Assembly: GCA_034189315.1 (NCBI GenBank)
Contig: JAXHVC010000144.1
Span: forward strand, 1,026-65,025
Source: Chloroflexota bacterium
Lineage (GTDB): Bacteria > Chloroflexota > Dehalococcoidia > UBA2247 > JAXHVC01
Reading direction: 5' to 3'
Length of the DNA: 64,000 nt
The notes under the pieces were generated by a model that did not search any database, was not told where the DNA came from, and saw nothing but the letters and a program-made list of their open reading frames with translations. Position 1 is the stretch's first letter. Every line of letters starts with the position of its first letter. Both the position numbers and the translations under genes were made by a program. Shown one piece after another: positions 1-9,512 of the stretch.

Positions 1-237
1 ACGATATGGCTATGACGTTTAAGCACATTGATATATATATTGTTTGGATGATAGTCATTTTCAGTTTCTCTAGGAAGTAAAGCTATATCTCCCTACGCTG
101 GTTTACGATACTGATATACGCTTCACTACATGGCAGGTAATTCCTTTACCCAGTAGATAATCACTGGCACAAGCTTACGATCCTCAGCGTTAATCAACAA
201 ACATATGACGTGTCCCTTTGCTTCTGTAGATGAAAGC

Positions 238-1440
238 CTATTTGGCGATACCCACTCCATTCACCAACATGTCCATTAAGACATGCCCCTGCTCGATAAT
301 GAGGTCTGTGCTACTAGCTTCAATCTCACTATATGCTCTTGTCCCATTACCCTGAAAACCATCTCCCCATAGAATGAAAGGAACAGGATCCGATACGTGG
401 GTCTTGATATCTATTGGTGTTGGATGGTCTGGCATGATAAGCATACGGAATCCATTCTTTTTCCTTGATATCAGTCGACCTACCACCTCACGATCGATCT
501 TCTGAATAGCATGAACCTTTTCTTCAACAGAGCCGTTATGACCTGCTTCATCAGGAGACTCAATATGGATGATCACCAGGTCGTGTTTATCTAGGGCCTG
601 CAATGCGCCCTCTGTTTGAACAATGTAGTCAGTATCGGCCCCTGCGGTAACCCCTGGTATGTCCAGTATCCCTATCCCCGATAGCTTTGCCAGTCCGCGC
701 AATAGGTCAACTCCAGAAGTAATAGCTGCGTCGATGCCATGGAGATCATGGAACGGGGGAAGGTCCTGACACTGTGTTCCTCCCCAGAAGGGCCAAATGG
801 TTGTTGCAGCAATCTCTCCACGAGCTTGCCTCGCAATGTTAACAGGATGATTCTTCAAGATTGGCTCTGAGCTACTCATGAGATTCTTGAGGAACGCACT
901 TCCTATACCATGAGGGAGGAAACCCCGTATCAGTTTACCTGATATATCATGTGGAGGTGTACAGATGGCCTTCAACGTATTTGATTGATTCGTAATCCTG
1001 CAAATGTGCCGATATCCAACACCAGGATAGAATTGTACGTGTCTATTTTTAATGCCAGCATTCAATGCTTGTATCAAAGGATGGGAGTCCTCATCGCCTA
1101 TACCGCCACAGTTGTAGCTCCACATCCTACCGTGACGAATAGCAACGAGATTGCAGCGAAAGACTACGTCTTCTGATGTCATTTGGATGCCCATACTCCT
1201 AGCTTCTATGGGCCCCCTTCCACTGTAGTAGACATCTGGAGCATAGCCCATTATGGCCATACAAGCGCAAGCGCTACTGGGTTCCATCCCTGGGGGTACG
1301 GTGCGTGCCAAGCCGACAACACCTTGTTGTGCTAGGCTGTCCAAGTTTGGTGTGTGAGCCAGCTGGAGAGAGGTCTTATCATCATATTGAGCGAGAGGCC
1401 ATCCTGCTGCTCCATCCATGATGAGAATACAGTATTTCAT
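238..1440 (-). CDS. apgM: 2,3-bisphosphoglycerate-independent phosphoglycerate mutase, archaeal-type (ApgM family)
   Basis: 400-aa ORF. The N-terminal MDGAAGWP motif and overall length match the ApgM form of iPGM. TAG stop. Confidence 0.75.
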   Translation of the reverse strand: MKYCILIMDGAAGWPLAQYDDKTSLQLAHTPNLDSLAQQGVVGLARTVPPGMEPSSACACMAIMGYAPDVYYSGRGPIEARSMGIQMTSEDVVFRCNLVAIRHGRMWSYNCGGIGDEDSHPLIQALNAGIKNRHVQFYPGVGYRHICRITNQSNTLKAICTPPHDISGKLIRGFLPHGIGSAFLKNLMSSSEPILKNHPVNIARQARGEIAATTIWPFWGGTQCQDLPPFHDLHGIDAAITSGVDLLRGLAKLSGIGILDIPGVTAGADTDYIVQTEGALQALDKHDLVIIHIESPDEAGHNGSVEEKVHAIQKIDREVVGRLISRKKNGFRMLIMPDHPTPIDIKTHVSDPVPFILWGDGFQGNGTRAYSEIEASSTDLIIEQGHVLMDMLVNGVGIAK

Positions 1441-1472
1441 CTCAATATCCCACTGGGTGATAGGTCCAAAAT

Positions 1473-2408
1473 CTAATTCAGGCTCTCTTTCGAGCTAAAC
1501 AGCACTTTCCCTATCAGTTCCAGTTTCTCCTCTCCCTTAATCTCATGGGGGAACAGGGGTAGCTCAACTATCCCCATGCTTCCGTATTTTTCGTGTAGGC
1601 TTGTTAAATATCCTTGTTGCTGAGCCCTCTTTTCTTCGAGGAACGCCGAATCGACGTTTGCTATGACGTTGTTTACTACAAGGTGCTTGAATCTAAAATC
1701 CTGCTCTTCTGCCTCTTTGAAGATGCCTTCCAATTGCTGTGCTGCTAATGCCTCTGGGATGGTGACCATGACGTAGTCTACTTCTGACCGAAGGAAATCT
1801 ATATCTTCATTGGATAGTTTCTCCCAGCGCTTGATTATATCCATAATTGGTCGTCGTCTGCGGTGGCCCAACCGGAGTCTGGAATAGATTCTGGGAGCAG
1901 GTTTGAGATGCTCTCTGATCATACCGGGAGTATGCAGTAGGTCCATGGTTTGACCTAGCGGTGCCGTATCCCATACCACCCTTTCGTAGGTACCACTCCT
2001 GGTGAGCTCCTTAATATAGTCCACCATGAATTCCTCTCTCAGACCAGGTAATATGGAGGTGATGAAGTCGACGAACTCAGGATATTCTATCGATACTACT
2101 GCTGAAAAGACCTCGTATACTTCTCGGCCGAATTTCTTGTCCCACTTCTGCTTTACCTCATTCATACCCAGCTCTGCAAGATACAGGTTCTCCGTTACCT
2201 TAGCTGGTTTCTCTTTGGAGTGCACTTCGAATATGTCCGAAAGCGATGGGGTTGGATCTGTTGATAAAACCAGGGTTCTTTCCCCACGTTGAGCAAAATA
2301 TAATGCTGTAGCACCAGCACAGGTAGTCTTTCCTACTCCTCCCTTGCCACTGAACATGGTGACTCGTTTTTCCTTATCTACTAACAAGCCCGAATGGTCT
2401 CTTTCCAC
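1473..2408 (-). CDS. ArsA/Get3-family P-loop ATPase
   Basis: GKGGVGKTT deviant Walker A near the N-terminus and ArsA-like length (311 aa). The true start may be the internal Met (MFSGKGG...). Confidence 0.65.
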   Translation of the reverse strand: MERDHSGLLVDKEKRVTMFSGKGGVGKTTCAGATALYFAQRGERTLVLSTDPTPSLSDIFEVHSKEKPAKVTENLYLAELGMNEVKQKWDKKFGREVYEVFSAVVSIEYPEFVDFITSILPGLREEFMVDYIKELTRSGTYERVVWDTAPLGQTMDLLHTPGMIREHLKPAPRIYSRLRLGHRRRRPIMDIIKRWEKLSNEDIDFLRSEVDYVMVTIPEALAAQQLEGIFKEAEEQDFRFKHLVVNNVIANVDSAFLEEKRAQQQGYLTSLHEKYGSMGIVELPLFPHEIKGEEKLELIGKVLFSSKESLN

Positions 2409-2603
2409 GTCTAATCCTTTCTCTCCTTTGAGGAATCCTGCAAGGGGCAGTTGGAGCAGTACAAGTGCCCTAAATAATTCTAGTATGCATATAAAGAAGG
2501 CTAAACCAAGTAATTGCCATTGTGAAGGATAGTATGGTTATTGCACCATGGTTTATTCTATGATAATTTTCATCTGGTTATCTATTCTACCGATAGACGG
2601 TGG

Positions 2604-3590
2604 TTATACATGAAACTCGAGGACGTCACCATCCTGAAGGATGTGACCTCTTTTTACTCGTTGTCCATCGTATTTACCTGAGCCCCAAAGTACTGCATAC
2701 TTCAGTTGTTGGCGAAAATCCTTATGAACCGCTGCTGCTGCCTCCTCTACCTTGCTACCTTTCTTGAGAATAAAGGGTGCGGTAGTATCTGTCTTAGAAC
2801 CTGGAGCTTTAGTATATACTCTAATAATATCCAGGGTGTGAAAGAGTGCAGCACCCAGTTGGTCCAGCCCTGTCATTTCCTCGGCAGAGGTTGGGACAAT
2901 GGGGAGTTTCTCCCCATATATTTGCCTTAGTTGATCCAGCCTTTGAGCGGAACCTTCAAGGTCAGTCTTGTTGGCCACGATCAATGCCTTTTTTTCAGTA
3001 CTTCCGGGTATGGACTCCTGTCTGTTTCTATTCTCTAGTACGAGCACTCTTCGGTTTTGAAGTTCTTCTAAAATGATATTCATTTGATCCAAGGGATCTT
3101 CACCGAGGTCGATTACCAATAGGAGGGCATCTGCATTCCTGAAGGTGTTGTTCAACCATGCTCGCGCATTGCGATTGGTTGGAGCAGGTGCGTCTACGAG
3201 CTGTATTTGAATGTTCTCATACTTCATCATTCCGGGGATTAGAACCTGTGTCGTGAATGGGTAGGGCGCGGTATCGGAGGTTGCCTCTGTTACACACGTG
3301 AGTAACTGGGATTTTCCTGCATTGGGGAGGCCCACTAGTACTACTTGCCCCGCACCTTCTTTTCTGATCCGATGCGTATCCCCCTTCCTGGTAGTAGCAT
3401 ACTGCTTCTCTGCCTCCTCAGTTAGCTTGGCAATTCGTCTCCTCAAGTCGGCATGGAGTTTATCTGTGCCCTTGTGTTTGGGCATGATTGCCAACATGGT
3501 TTGCAATGCCTCGATCTTCTCTTCGGGATCGGTGGCACTACGATATCGTTTTTCTGCTTCGTGATATTGTGGTGGCAGATTTGCTGGCAT
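2604..3590 (-). CDS. DRG/Obg-superfamily GTPase with C-terminal TGS domain (COG1163-like)
   Basis: G1 motif GLPNAGKS, a switch Thr (FTTQ) and a C-terminal TGS-like segment (VYTKAPG...DGDVLEF). 328 aa. Confidence 0.6.
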   Translation of the reverse strand: MPANLPPQYHEAEKRYRSATDPEEKIEALQTMLAIMPKHKGTDKLHADLRRRIAKLTEEAEKQYATTRKGDTHRIRKEGAGQVVLVGLPNAGKSQLLTCVTEATSDTAPYPFTTQVLIPGMMKYENIQIQLVDAPAPTNRNARAWLNNTFRNADALLLVIDLGEDPLDQMNIILEELQNRRVLVLENRNRQESIPGSTEKKALIVANKTDLEGSAQRLDQLRQIYGEKLPIVPTSAEEMTGLDQLGAALFHTLDIIRVYTKAPGSKTDTTAPFILKKGSKVEEAAAAVHKDFRQQLKYAVLWGSGKYDGQRVKRGHILQDGDVLEFHV

Positions 3591-3938
3591 TCACCTACTC
3601 CAACCTAATTTTAACATACACATTTGCTGATCAGAACCTAGTAGTATCTAGTGGCTGACTGTTTTTATAATTATGGTGACAAAATCCGAAATCTGAATCT
3701 CTAAACACTACACAGTATGAAAACCCAGAATATCAATCCCTGAAGCTTGGAAGGTTTTTGGTATTCAAGATTTACATTTGTTTTAGATTTTGTCTTCGGA
3801 ATTTTGTATTTGAAGTCCTGGGTCTTTTTAGCTTTGGATAGTACACATTAGGAGATATTTATGTACTTTGACCATTCCCAGGACTTACCTGTAGAATTCA
3901 GTATGAGAATACATTATCAAGATTGAGGAACTATTTAT

Positions 3939-5141
3939 ATGGAAGCAGTTATTCTAGCAGCTGGAGAGGGAGAAAGGATGCGCCCTCTTTCTGTCACTAG
4001 ACCTAAGGTGATGATTCCGGTGGCCAATAAGCCCCTATTGGAACATCTAATGCTCAATTTCCGGACAGCTGGTATAAGTGAGTTTGTATTTGTTGTAGGA
4101 TATCGCGAGGACGTGGTTCGTGACTACTTCGGAGACGGTGAATCATGGGGGACCAATATCCGCTATGTTCGTCAGGAAGAACAGCGAGGAACCGCAGATG
4201 CATTGTGGTGCGTTAGGGGCATGGTAGGAGAGAGGTTCCTGCTGGCCAATGGCGATGCAGTTCCTGGTATTGATGATCTGTGTAGGATTGTGGAAAGTGA
4301 GGGGCTATCCGTAGGTGTGGCAGAAGTTCCTAACGCCAAGGGTTTGGGAGTGGTAGAAGTCGCTGATGGAAGGATCGTACGTATTCATGAGAAGGTGGCG
4401 AAGCCCACTACCAATCTGGCCAATGCAGGAGTCTATCTACTTACCACAGATATATTCCAAGCGGTGGAAGAGACTGGCCAATCTACACGAGGTGAGTATG
4501 AAATCGTCGATTCTTTGCACTGGTTGATAGATAGAGGTTTTTCTATTAAATATGATGTATTTGATACTTGGTTGCACTTGACACACCCATGGGAGATACT
4601 GAGTGCAAACGAAACATTGCTGTCTGGACTTGAGCCCAGTAATGATGCACATGTCGAAAGTAATGCTACATTGCATGGTGCTGTGTCTATTGGTACGGGT
4701 ACAACTATTAAATCAGGATCATACATAGTAGGTCCGGTAATAATTGGCAGCCATTGTGATATTGGGCCGAACTGTTTCATCCGACCGGCTACTGCTATAG
4801 GTGACCATTGCCACATCGGTGCTGCTGTTGAAATCAAGAATTCTTTGATAATGAAAAACAGTAAGGTACCACATCACAATTACGTTGGTGATAGCATAAT
4901 AGGAGAAGACTGCAACCTTGGATCGGGTACCAAGATTGCCAATCTGAGGTTTGATAAGAAAGATATCAAGATTAGGGGTAGGAGCACAGGAAGACGTAAG
5001 CTGGGTGCAATATTAGGTGATGGGGTACAGACTGGGATAAATGCTTCGATCAACGCAGGTTCTATTATTAGCCCCGGTGTGTTCATTAGACCCGGAGCGG
5101 TAGCCAGTGGAGAGATAAGCAAGGATTCACGTGTACATTGA
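3939..5141 (+). CDS. sugar-1-phosphate nucleotidyltransferase fused to left-handed beta-helix (hexapeptide) acyltransferase-like domain (GlmU-like)
   Basis: N-terminal AAGEGERMRP nucleotidyltransferase signature. The C-terminal half has repeated [IVL]G-x4 hexapeptide repeats. 400 aa. Confidence 0.7.
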   Translation: MEAVILAAGEGERMRPLSVTRPKVMIPVANKPLLEHLMLNFRTAGISEFVFVVGYREDVVRDYFGDGESWGTNIRYVRQEEQRGTADALWCVRGMVGERFLLANGDAVPGIDDLCRIVESEGLSVGVAEVPNAKGLGVVEVADGRIVRIHEKVAKPTTNLANAGVYLLTTDIFQAVEETGQSTRGEYEIVDSLHWLIDRGFSIKYDVFDTWLHLTHPWEILSANETLLSGLEPSNDAHVESNATLHGAVSIGTGTTIKSGSYIVGPVIIGSHCDIGPNCFIRPATAIGDHCHIGAAVEIKNSLIMKNSKVPHHNYVGDSIIGEDCNLGSGTKIANLRFDKKDIKIRGRSTGRRKLGAILGDGVQTGINASINAGSIISPGVFIRPGAVASGEISKDSRVH

Positions 5142-5185
5142 CCGCAACTTTGGGAAGAATCAGAGGCAGTATCCCATAAGCATTA

Positions 5186-5332
5186 CAGACGTGTCGCAAT
5201 GTCATCGTGAGGAATCCTTCTGGTAATGGTGGGAGGACGTGACGGTCCATTCTTTACGACGAGATTGCTTCACCTCCGGTTCGCAACGACACGGTAAGTA
5301 TGGTTGTTGTTTTATAATTGTGACATAGTTTC
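5186..5332 (-). mobile_element. MITE copy A (short variant, about 147 bp) of a repeat family with TIR GAGACTRTGTCRCAATT
   Basis: Both termini match the TIRs of the copies at 18977, 41898 and 58325. The internal core gattgcttcacctccggttcgcaa is shared. It lies directly downstream of the 3939-5141 gene. Confidence 0.6.
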
Positions 5333-5505
5333 TTAACGTGGAATCCAAAACCCCCTTGCACCCCTTTAATAAAAGGTGGAGGGAAGCCCCCTTTTTTCAA
5401 AGAGGGATCTAGGAGGGATTATCTGTCCGATTCCACTTAAGTTAGTACCTATGTGGCAGTACATATCTGATTAACCTGCAGGATAGTGGTACGTAAGGAG
5501 ATCAA

Positions 5506-5778
5506 ATGCGCAGAACGGGTGGATTTAAGGGATTGGCCGAATTCGAAGCCTTTGCCAAGACTCTAGAGGAGCAAGACTTTCATGTTGAATCCAAATCATT
5601 TGGACTACTGAAGCTGTTCAATGTAAGAGCGGATAATCTATGTGTGGAGCTTCAGTTACGAGAGGCGAATGTCCCGGATGAAGAGGATAGTTTGACTCCA
5701 AGGGATTATCAGCTACTGGAACTGATAAAGCAGAAATATAGGACTGAGGGAAGGCCTAAGATGCAGTTCTCATGTTAA
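5506..5778 (+). CDS. hypothetical small protein (90 aa)
   Basis: ORF preceded by AAGGAG about 8 nt upstream of the ATG. No family recognised. Confidence 0.35.
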   Translation: MRRTGGFKGLAEFEAFAKTLEEQDFHVESKSFGLLKLFNVRADNLCVELQLREANVPDEEDSLTPRDYQLLELIKQKYRTEGRPKMQFSC

Positions 5779-5983
5779 TACTCGTACAGAGAGTGGTAGG
5801 TTATCTTTCATGAACGATATTTATGACAGTCAAATTGGTCTATATGAATAATCATCGAGTGGGGATCGGACTGAATGATTGCTATGATGGGTAGCGCTAA
5901 TCCCAGTTAGTATTGTAATATTAGATGTAGTTGCCCAGTTATCTAACATGTGATAGGATTACTTTTAGCTGAATAAATACTCT

Positions 5984-6160
5984 TGGGGTGCCCGATCGTG
6001 AGTGAGGGCTCAAATGGGTAGCAAGATCGGTGAGATTCCGGCACAGTCCCGCCTACTGTATATAGTCAGAACGCCAGCCCTAACAGTTGATACATCTCGC
6101 GGAGAAGGGGATTGAGATATGGTATATAACCCCCCTTACTCTAGTGAGTGGGGGGTTTTT
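5984..6160 (+). promoter_or_regulatory. cobalamin riboswitch 1 (aptamer about 5984-6082 plus its own intrinsic terminator)
   Basis: GGTGCC...AGGG...GGTGAGATTCCGGCACAGTCCCGCCTACTGTA followed after only 3 nt by the B12-box-like AGTCAGAACGCCAGCC. This matches the conserved core (GGUGnnAAUCC...CCCGCnACUGU...AGUCAGG-CC-GCC) of cobalamin riboswitches and is the compact form without a long P6 extension. Terminator hairpin CCCCCC..GGGGGG plus T5 at 6130-6160. Confidence 0.75.
6130..6160 (+). terminator. intrinsic terminator (expression platform of riboswitch 1)
   Basis: CCCCCCTTACTCTAGTGAGTGGGGGG stem-loop followed by TTTTT. Confidence 0.7.
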
Positions 6161-6212
6161 AATTACCAGCTATTATACTGATGCAATACTCTAAATCGTA
6201 TATATTGATGTA

Positions 6213-6468
6213 GGGGTGCCCGAACGTGAGCAAGGGCTCAAATGGATAGCAAGACCGGTGGAATTCCGGCACAGTCCCGCCTACTGTAATAGTCAGAACA
6301 CTAGCCCTTACTTCCTTCCTGGTTATTAGGATACCATTGGCCATAGTAGTGCCTAGCGGTAATTAGCCAGGGAAACATGCCTCCGCGGAGAATGGAGGAT
6401 GGGATTGACTGATTTAATCACAATGTTAGCAAATCCCTTTTGTTCTCAGGAGCAAAGGGATTTTTTTT
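6213..6468 (+). promoter_or_regulatory. cobalamin riboswitch 2 (aptamer about 6213-6310, expression platform to the terminator at 6433-6468)
   Basis: Second near-identical aptamer (GGTGCC...GGTGGAATTCCGGCACAGTCCCGCCTACTGTAATAGTCAGAACACTAGCC). A TATATT -10-like hexamer sits at 6201-6206. The terminator TCCCTTTTG..CAAAGGGA plus T8 lies immediately before the btuF-like start. Confidence 0.7.
6433..6468 (+). terminator. intrinsic terminator (expression platform of riboswitch 2)
   Basis: 8-bp stem with loop TTCTCAGGAG followed by TTTTTTTT. It overlaps the ORF-track TTG start at 6440, so that start is unlikely to be real. Confidence 0.7.
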
Positions 6469-6490
6469 AATGTGTGGTAGGAGGTTGAGA

Positions 6491-7414
6491 TTGAATAGGA
6501 TTGTTTTTATGATTCTCGTTACAATTATAGCCCTGCCGATTATGGTTGTGGGTATTGCCTGTGAGGAGAATGCCCCAGGGAATATCGTTGACGATTTGGG
6601 GAGGACGGTGAGCGTGGATGAAACCCCGGAACGTATTGTCTCATTAGCACCAAGTATAACCGAGATACTCTATGCCTTGGATCTTGAGGATAGGATAGTT
6701 GGAGTGACGTCATACTGCGACTATCCAGATGCAGCCGCATCCAAACCCAAGGTTGGTGGTTTTTCTACCGTGGACCTAGAAGCTGTTGCTGCAGCAGATC
6801 CAGATGTTGTATTTGCAGCCAACATCCATAAATCAGAAACCATACCTGCCCTTGAGGATCTTGGATATGTAGTAATTACGTTGGCGCCTGAGACTATTGA
6901 TGATGTTCTGGATAATATCGCCTTGGTCGGAGATATTACCGGGGAAAGCCAATCAGCGAATACCTTGATTTCTGATATGACTGCGCGTATTAAAGCTATC
7001 TCTGATGTTACTGGTGATCTGTCTCAATCTCAAATGCCTCATACACTGTATGTTACGTGGCATGATCCCATATATACAGTGGGCTCTGGAACTCTCACTC
7101 AGGACTTGATTGAGAAGGCTGGTGGTATAAACGTAGCACATGATATATCTGGACACGGAGTTATCAGTCTAGAGAGTGCTGTGGCGCGTAATCCTGGAGT
7201 TGTCATTGCCTGTACAGGGCATGGCAGTTCGGAGGATGAACCTTTTGAATGGGCCTTGTACTCTGAAGTGCTTTCGACGATTGATGCCCGTGAGACTAAC
7301 AATGTATATCAGGTCGATGCCGACCAAGCAACGCGTGGAGGGCCTAGAATAATAGAGGGTTTAGAGTGGTTTGCATATTTCCTTCATCCTGATTTATTCG
7401 ATGCACCGGCGTAA
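6491..7414 (+). CDS. btuF: periplasmic corrinoid/siderophore-binding protein of ABC transporter (BtuF/FecB family), probable lipoprotein
   Basis: SLAPSITEILYALDLEDRIVGVTSYCDYP is a classic BtuF-family signature. The signal peptide ends in a lipobox-like VGIAC. The start is uncertain: TTG 6491 with AGGAGG 6 nt upstream, or ATG 6470, or ATG 6509. Confidence 0.75.
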   Translation: MNRIVFMILVTIIALPIMVVGIACEENAPGNIVDDLGRTVSVDETPERIVSLAPSITEILYALDLEDRIVGVTSYCDYPDAAASKPKVGGFSTVDLEAVAAADPDVVFAANIHKSETIPALEDLGYVVITLAPETIDDVLDNIALVGDITGESQSANTLISDMTARIKAISDVTGDLSQSQMPHTLYVTWHDPIYTVGSGTLTQDLIEKAGGINVAHDISGHGVISLESAVARNPGVVIACTGHGSSEDEPFEWALYSEVLSTIDARETNNVYQVDADQATRGGPRIIEGLEWFAYFLHPDLFDAPA

Positions 7415-7581
7415 GGTTCATCGAAGACGATGAATTATGTGTTTCACATCTCTTATAGTGACCAGGTAGATTCGCTAGTAAGTCTGTATTGGGTATGCTA
7501 TGGTGGCTTAAAGCCTATTGTATGGTAATAACTAGAGTTTTAGGGGGATTTTAAGGAAGTGGAGGGGATCGCTTAACCAGA

Positions 7582-8679
7582 TTGTCTAGAAACAGTGTCG
7601 AGGAGCCTCGTACAGAGGAGCAATATATTGCCCTTACGTATAATGGGCATAGACGTTTAGCTGTACTTGCCATATTGACCGCGTTGTTATTCCTGGTGAT
7701 AGGGGTAGCAGTGAGTATCGGCAGTACCCACATCCCTCTTTCTACCACATGGCAGGTGCTACTATCCAAGCTCCCCCTGATCGATATCTCTTCCGGTATA
7801 GATGAGGGTACAGATGTAATTGTGACAGATATTCGCCTTCCCAGGGTAATCCTGGCTGGTATAGCAGGGGCAGCTTTAGCAGTGGCAGGTGCTGCCTATC
7901 AAGGGCTATTTCGTAATCCACTTGCCGATCCGTTCTTAATGGGTGTAGCGTCAGGTGCAGGGATGGGTGCGGTTATCGCCATGGCTTTTACTAGTGGGTG
8001 GTTTGCTTGGCTAGCAACTGGAGTGGTGCCTCCATTTGCTTTTCTTGGAGCCCTGGCGGCAGTAGGGATTGTGTATATGGTATCGAGGGTTGGAAGCAAA
8101 CTGCCCGTGACCATCATGATTCTAGCCGGAGTTGTTGTTGCAGCCTTCTTTAGCGCGATCAGCCACTATCTGATGCTTGCAATAGAGGAACTTGCTCATC
8201 TTGGTTTGAGTTTCTTATGGGGGGCTGGACTGCAAACAGCCAACTGGCGCGAGGTTGTAATAGCTCTTCCTCTTGTTGGTTTGGGTGTGATAATCGTCTC
8301 TCTCTATGGACGTAATCTCAACGTCATGCAACTTGATGAGGAGCAGGCGCAACAGCTGGGTGTGGATGTGGAAAGTGCCAAACGCGTGCTGATTGTGGCT
8401 GCTACGATAATTACTGCAGCTGCTGTATCTTTTGCAGGGGTGATTGGTTTTGTTGGTATTATCGTTCCTCACTTTGTACGGCTTGTCTGGGGGCCAGACT
8501 ATAGATATCTTGTTCCAATATCTATGCTGGTGGGAGCCATCTTCCTTATGGTAGCCGATATGGCTCTGCGTGGATTGCCTGGATCTGAGGAGACTCCAAT
8601 CGGGGTCTTTACAGCTTTGATTGGAGGTCCCTTCTTCTTATACCTATTGCAGAAGAGAAAGGGGGAGGCCCTCTTTTGA
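7582..8679 (+). CDS. btuC: ABC transporter permease, FecCD/BtuC family
   Basis: Multi-TM protein with a FecCD-type hydrophobic profile. 4-nt overlap with the downstream ATPase gene. The start codon is uncertain. Confidence 0.75.
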   Translation: MSRNSVEEPRTEEQYIALTYNGHRRLAVLAILTALLFLVIGVAVSIGSTHIPLSTTWQVLLSKLPLIDISSGIDEGTDVIVTDIRLPRVILAGIAGAALAVAGAAYQGLFRNPLADPFLMGVASGAGMGAVIAMAFTSGWFAWLATGVVPPFAFLGALAAVGIVYMVSRVGSKLPVTIMILAGVVVAAFFSAISHYLMLAIEELAHLGLSFLWGAGLQTANWREVVIALPLVGLGVIIVSLYGRNLNVMQLDEEQAQQLGVDVESAKRVLIVAATIITAAAVSFAGVIGFVGIIVPHFVRLVWGPDYRYLVPISMLVGAIFLMVADMALRGLPGSEETPIGVFTALIGGPFFLYLLQKRKGEALF

Positions 8680-9512
8680 AAGGTGCAACAGTTGAGGTTG
8701 TTGAGCTAGAGCTTCGAGATGTTATGCTGGGTTATGGACCCAGGGTGATCCTGAAGGATATTAGCTTTGAGGTCAGGAAGGGAGAACTTGTGGGATTGGT
8801 TGGGCCCAATGGATCTGGAAAATCTACGCTTATTAAAGGCATCACCAGACTGATCCCTCTGCAATCGGGCCAAATATTGATACGGGGACAGCAGTTGCTT
8901 GGAATGAGCAGAAGCTCACTTGCTCGGAGTATAGCAGTTGTACCACAGTCTCCTGTGTTGCCGGAGTTGTTTACCTCTTTTGAGGTTGTACTTATGGGAA
9001 GGACGCCGCATCTGAAGTTCCTGCAGAGAGAAAGCAAGAAGGATGTTGGTATTGCCTGGCGTGCGATGCAAAAGACTCAAACGGATCATCTGGCCGATCG
9101 CAGAGTGAGTCAACTTTCAGGAGGTGAGCGGCAGCGACTTACAATAGCTCGCGCTCTAACACAAGAAGCGGAGCTTCTGCTCCTTGATGAGCCCACATCA
9201 CATCTCGATCTCAAATATCAGGTTGAGAGTCTGGACTTGGTAAAGGAGCTTTGTATGGATAAAGGTATGGCTGCTCTTGCTGCTATGCACGATCTAAATC
9301 TGGCGGCCCAGTATTGTGATCGCCTGGTAATGTTGGAACATAAGGGTATTCATTCTCAAGGGACCTTGGAAGAAGTTATAACACCTGATGCCATCCGCAA
9401 GGTTTATGGAGCCGAGGTGATGGTATTTCCTCATCCGGTCAACCGTTTGCCAACAACAGTCATAATGCCTCGACATACAAATAATGGTGGTAGCGAGGAA
9501 AAGCGCGATTGA
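8676..9512 (+). CDS. btuD: ABC transporter ATP-binding protein (BtuD/FecE-like)
   Basis: Walker A GPNGSGKST, ABC signature LSGGERQR and Walker B LLLLDEPT. TGA stop overlaps the cbiB ATG. Confidence 0.8.
   Translation: MKGATVEVVELELRDVMLGYGPRVILKDISFEVRKGELVGLVGPNGSGKSTLIKGITRLIPLQSGQILIRGQQLLGMSRSSLARSIAVVPQSPVLPELFTSFEVVLMGRTPHLKFLQRESKKDVGIAWRAMQKTQTDHLADRRVSQLSGGERQRLTIARALTQEAELLLLDEPTSHLDLKYQVESLDLVKELCMDKGMAALAAMHDLNLAAQYCDRLVMLEHKGIHSQGTLEEVITPDAIRKVYGAEVMVFPHPVNRLPTTVIMPRHTNNGGSEEKRD

Noticed and set aside
985-1176. Numerous 60-130-aa ORFs nested inside or antisense to long conserved genes (e.g. 985-1176, 2026-2292, 4433-4837, 14420-14620, 21488-21865, 22556-22951)
   Set aside because: They overlap well-supported CDSs on the opposite strand or in alternative frames, and their composition is the mirror image of the real gene. 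They are artefacts of six-frame translation.
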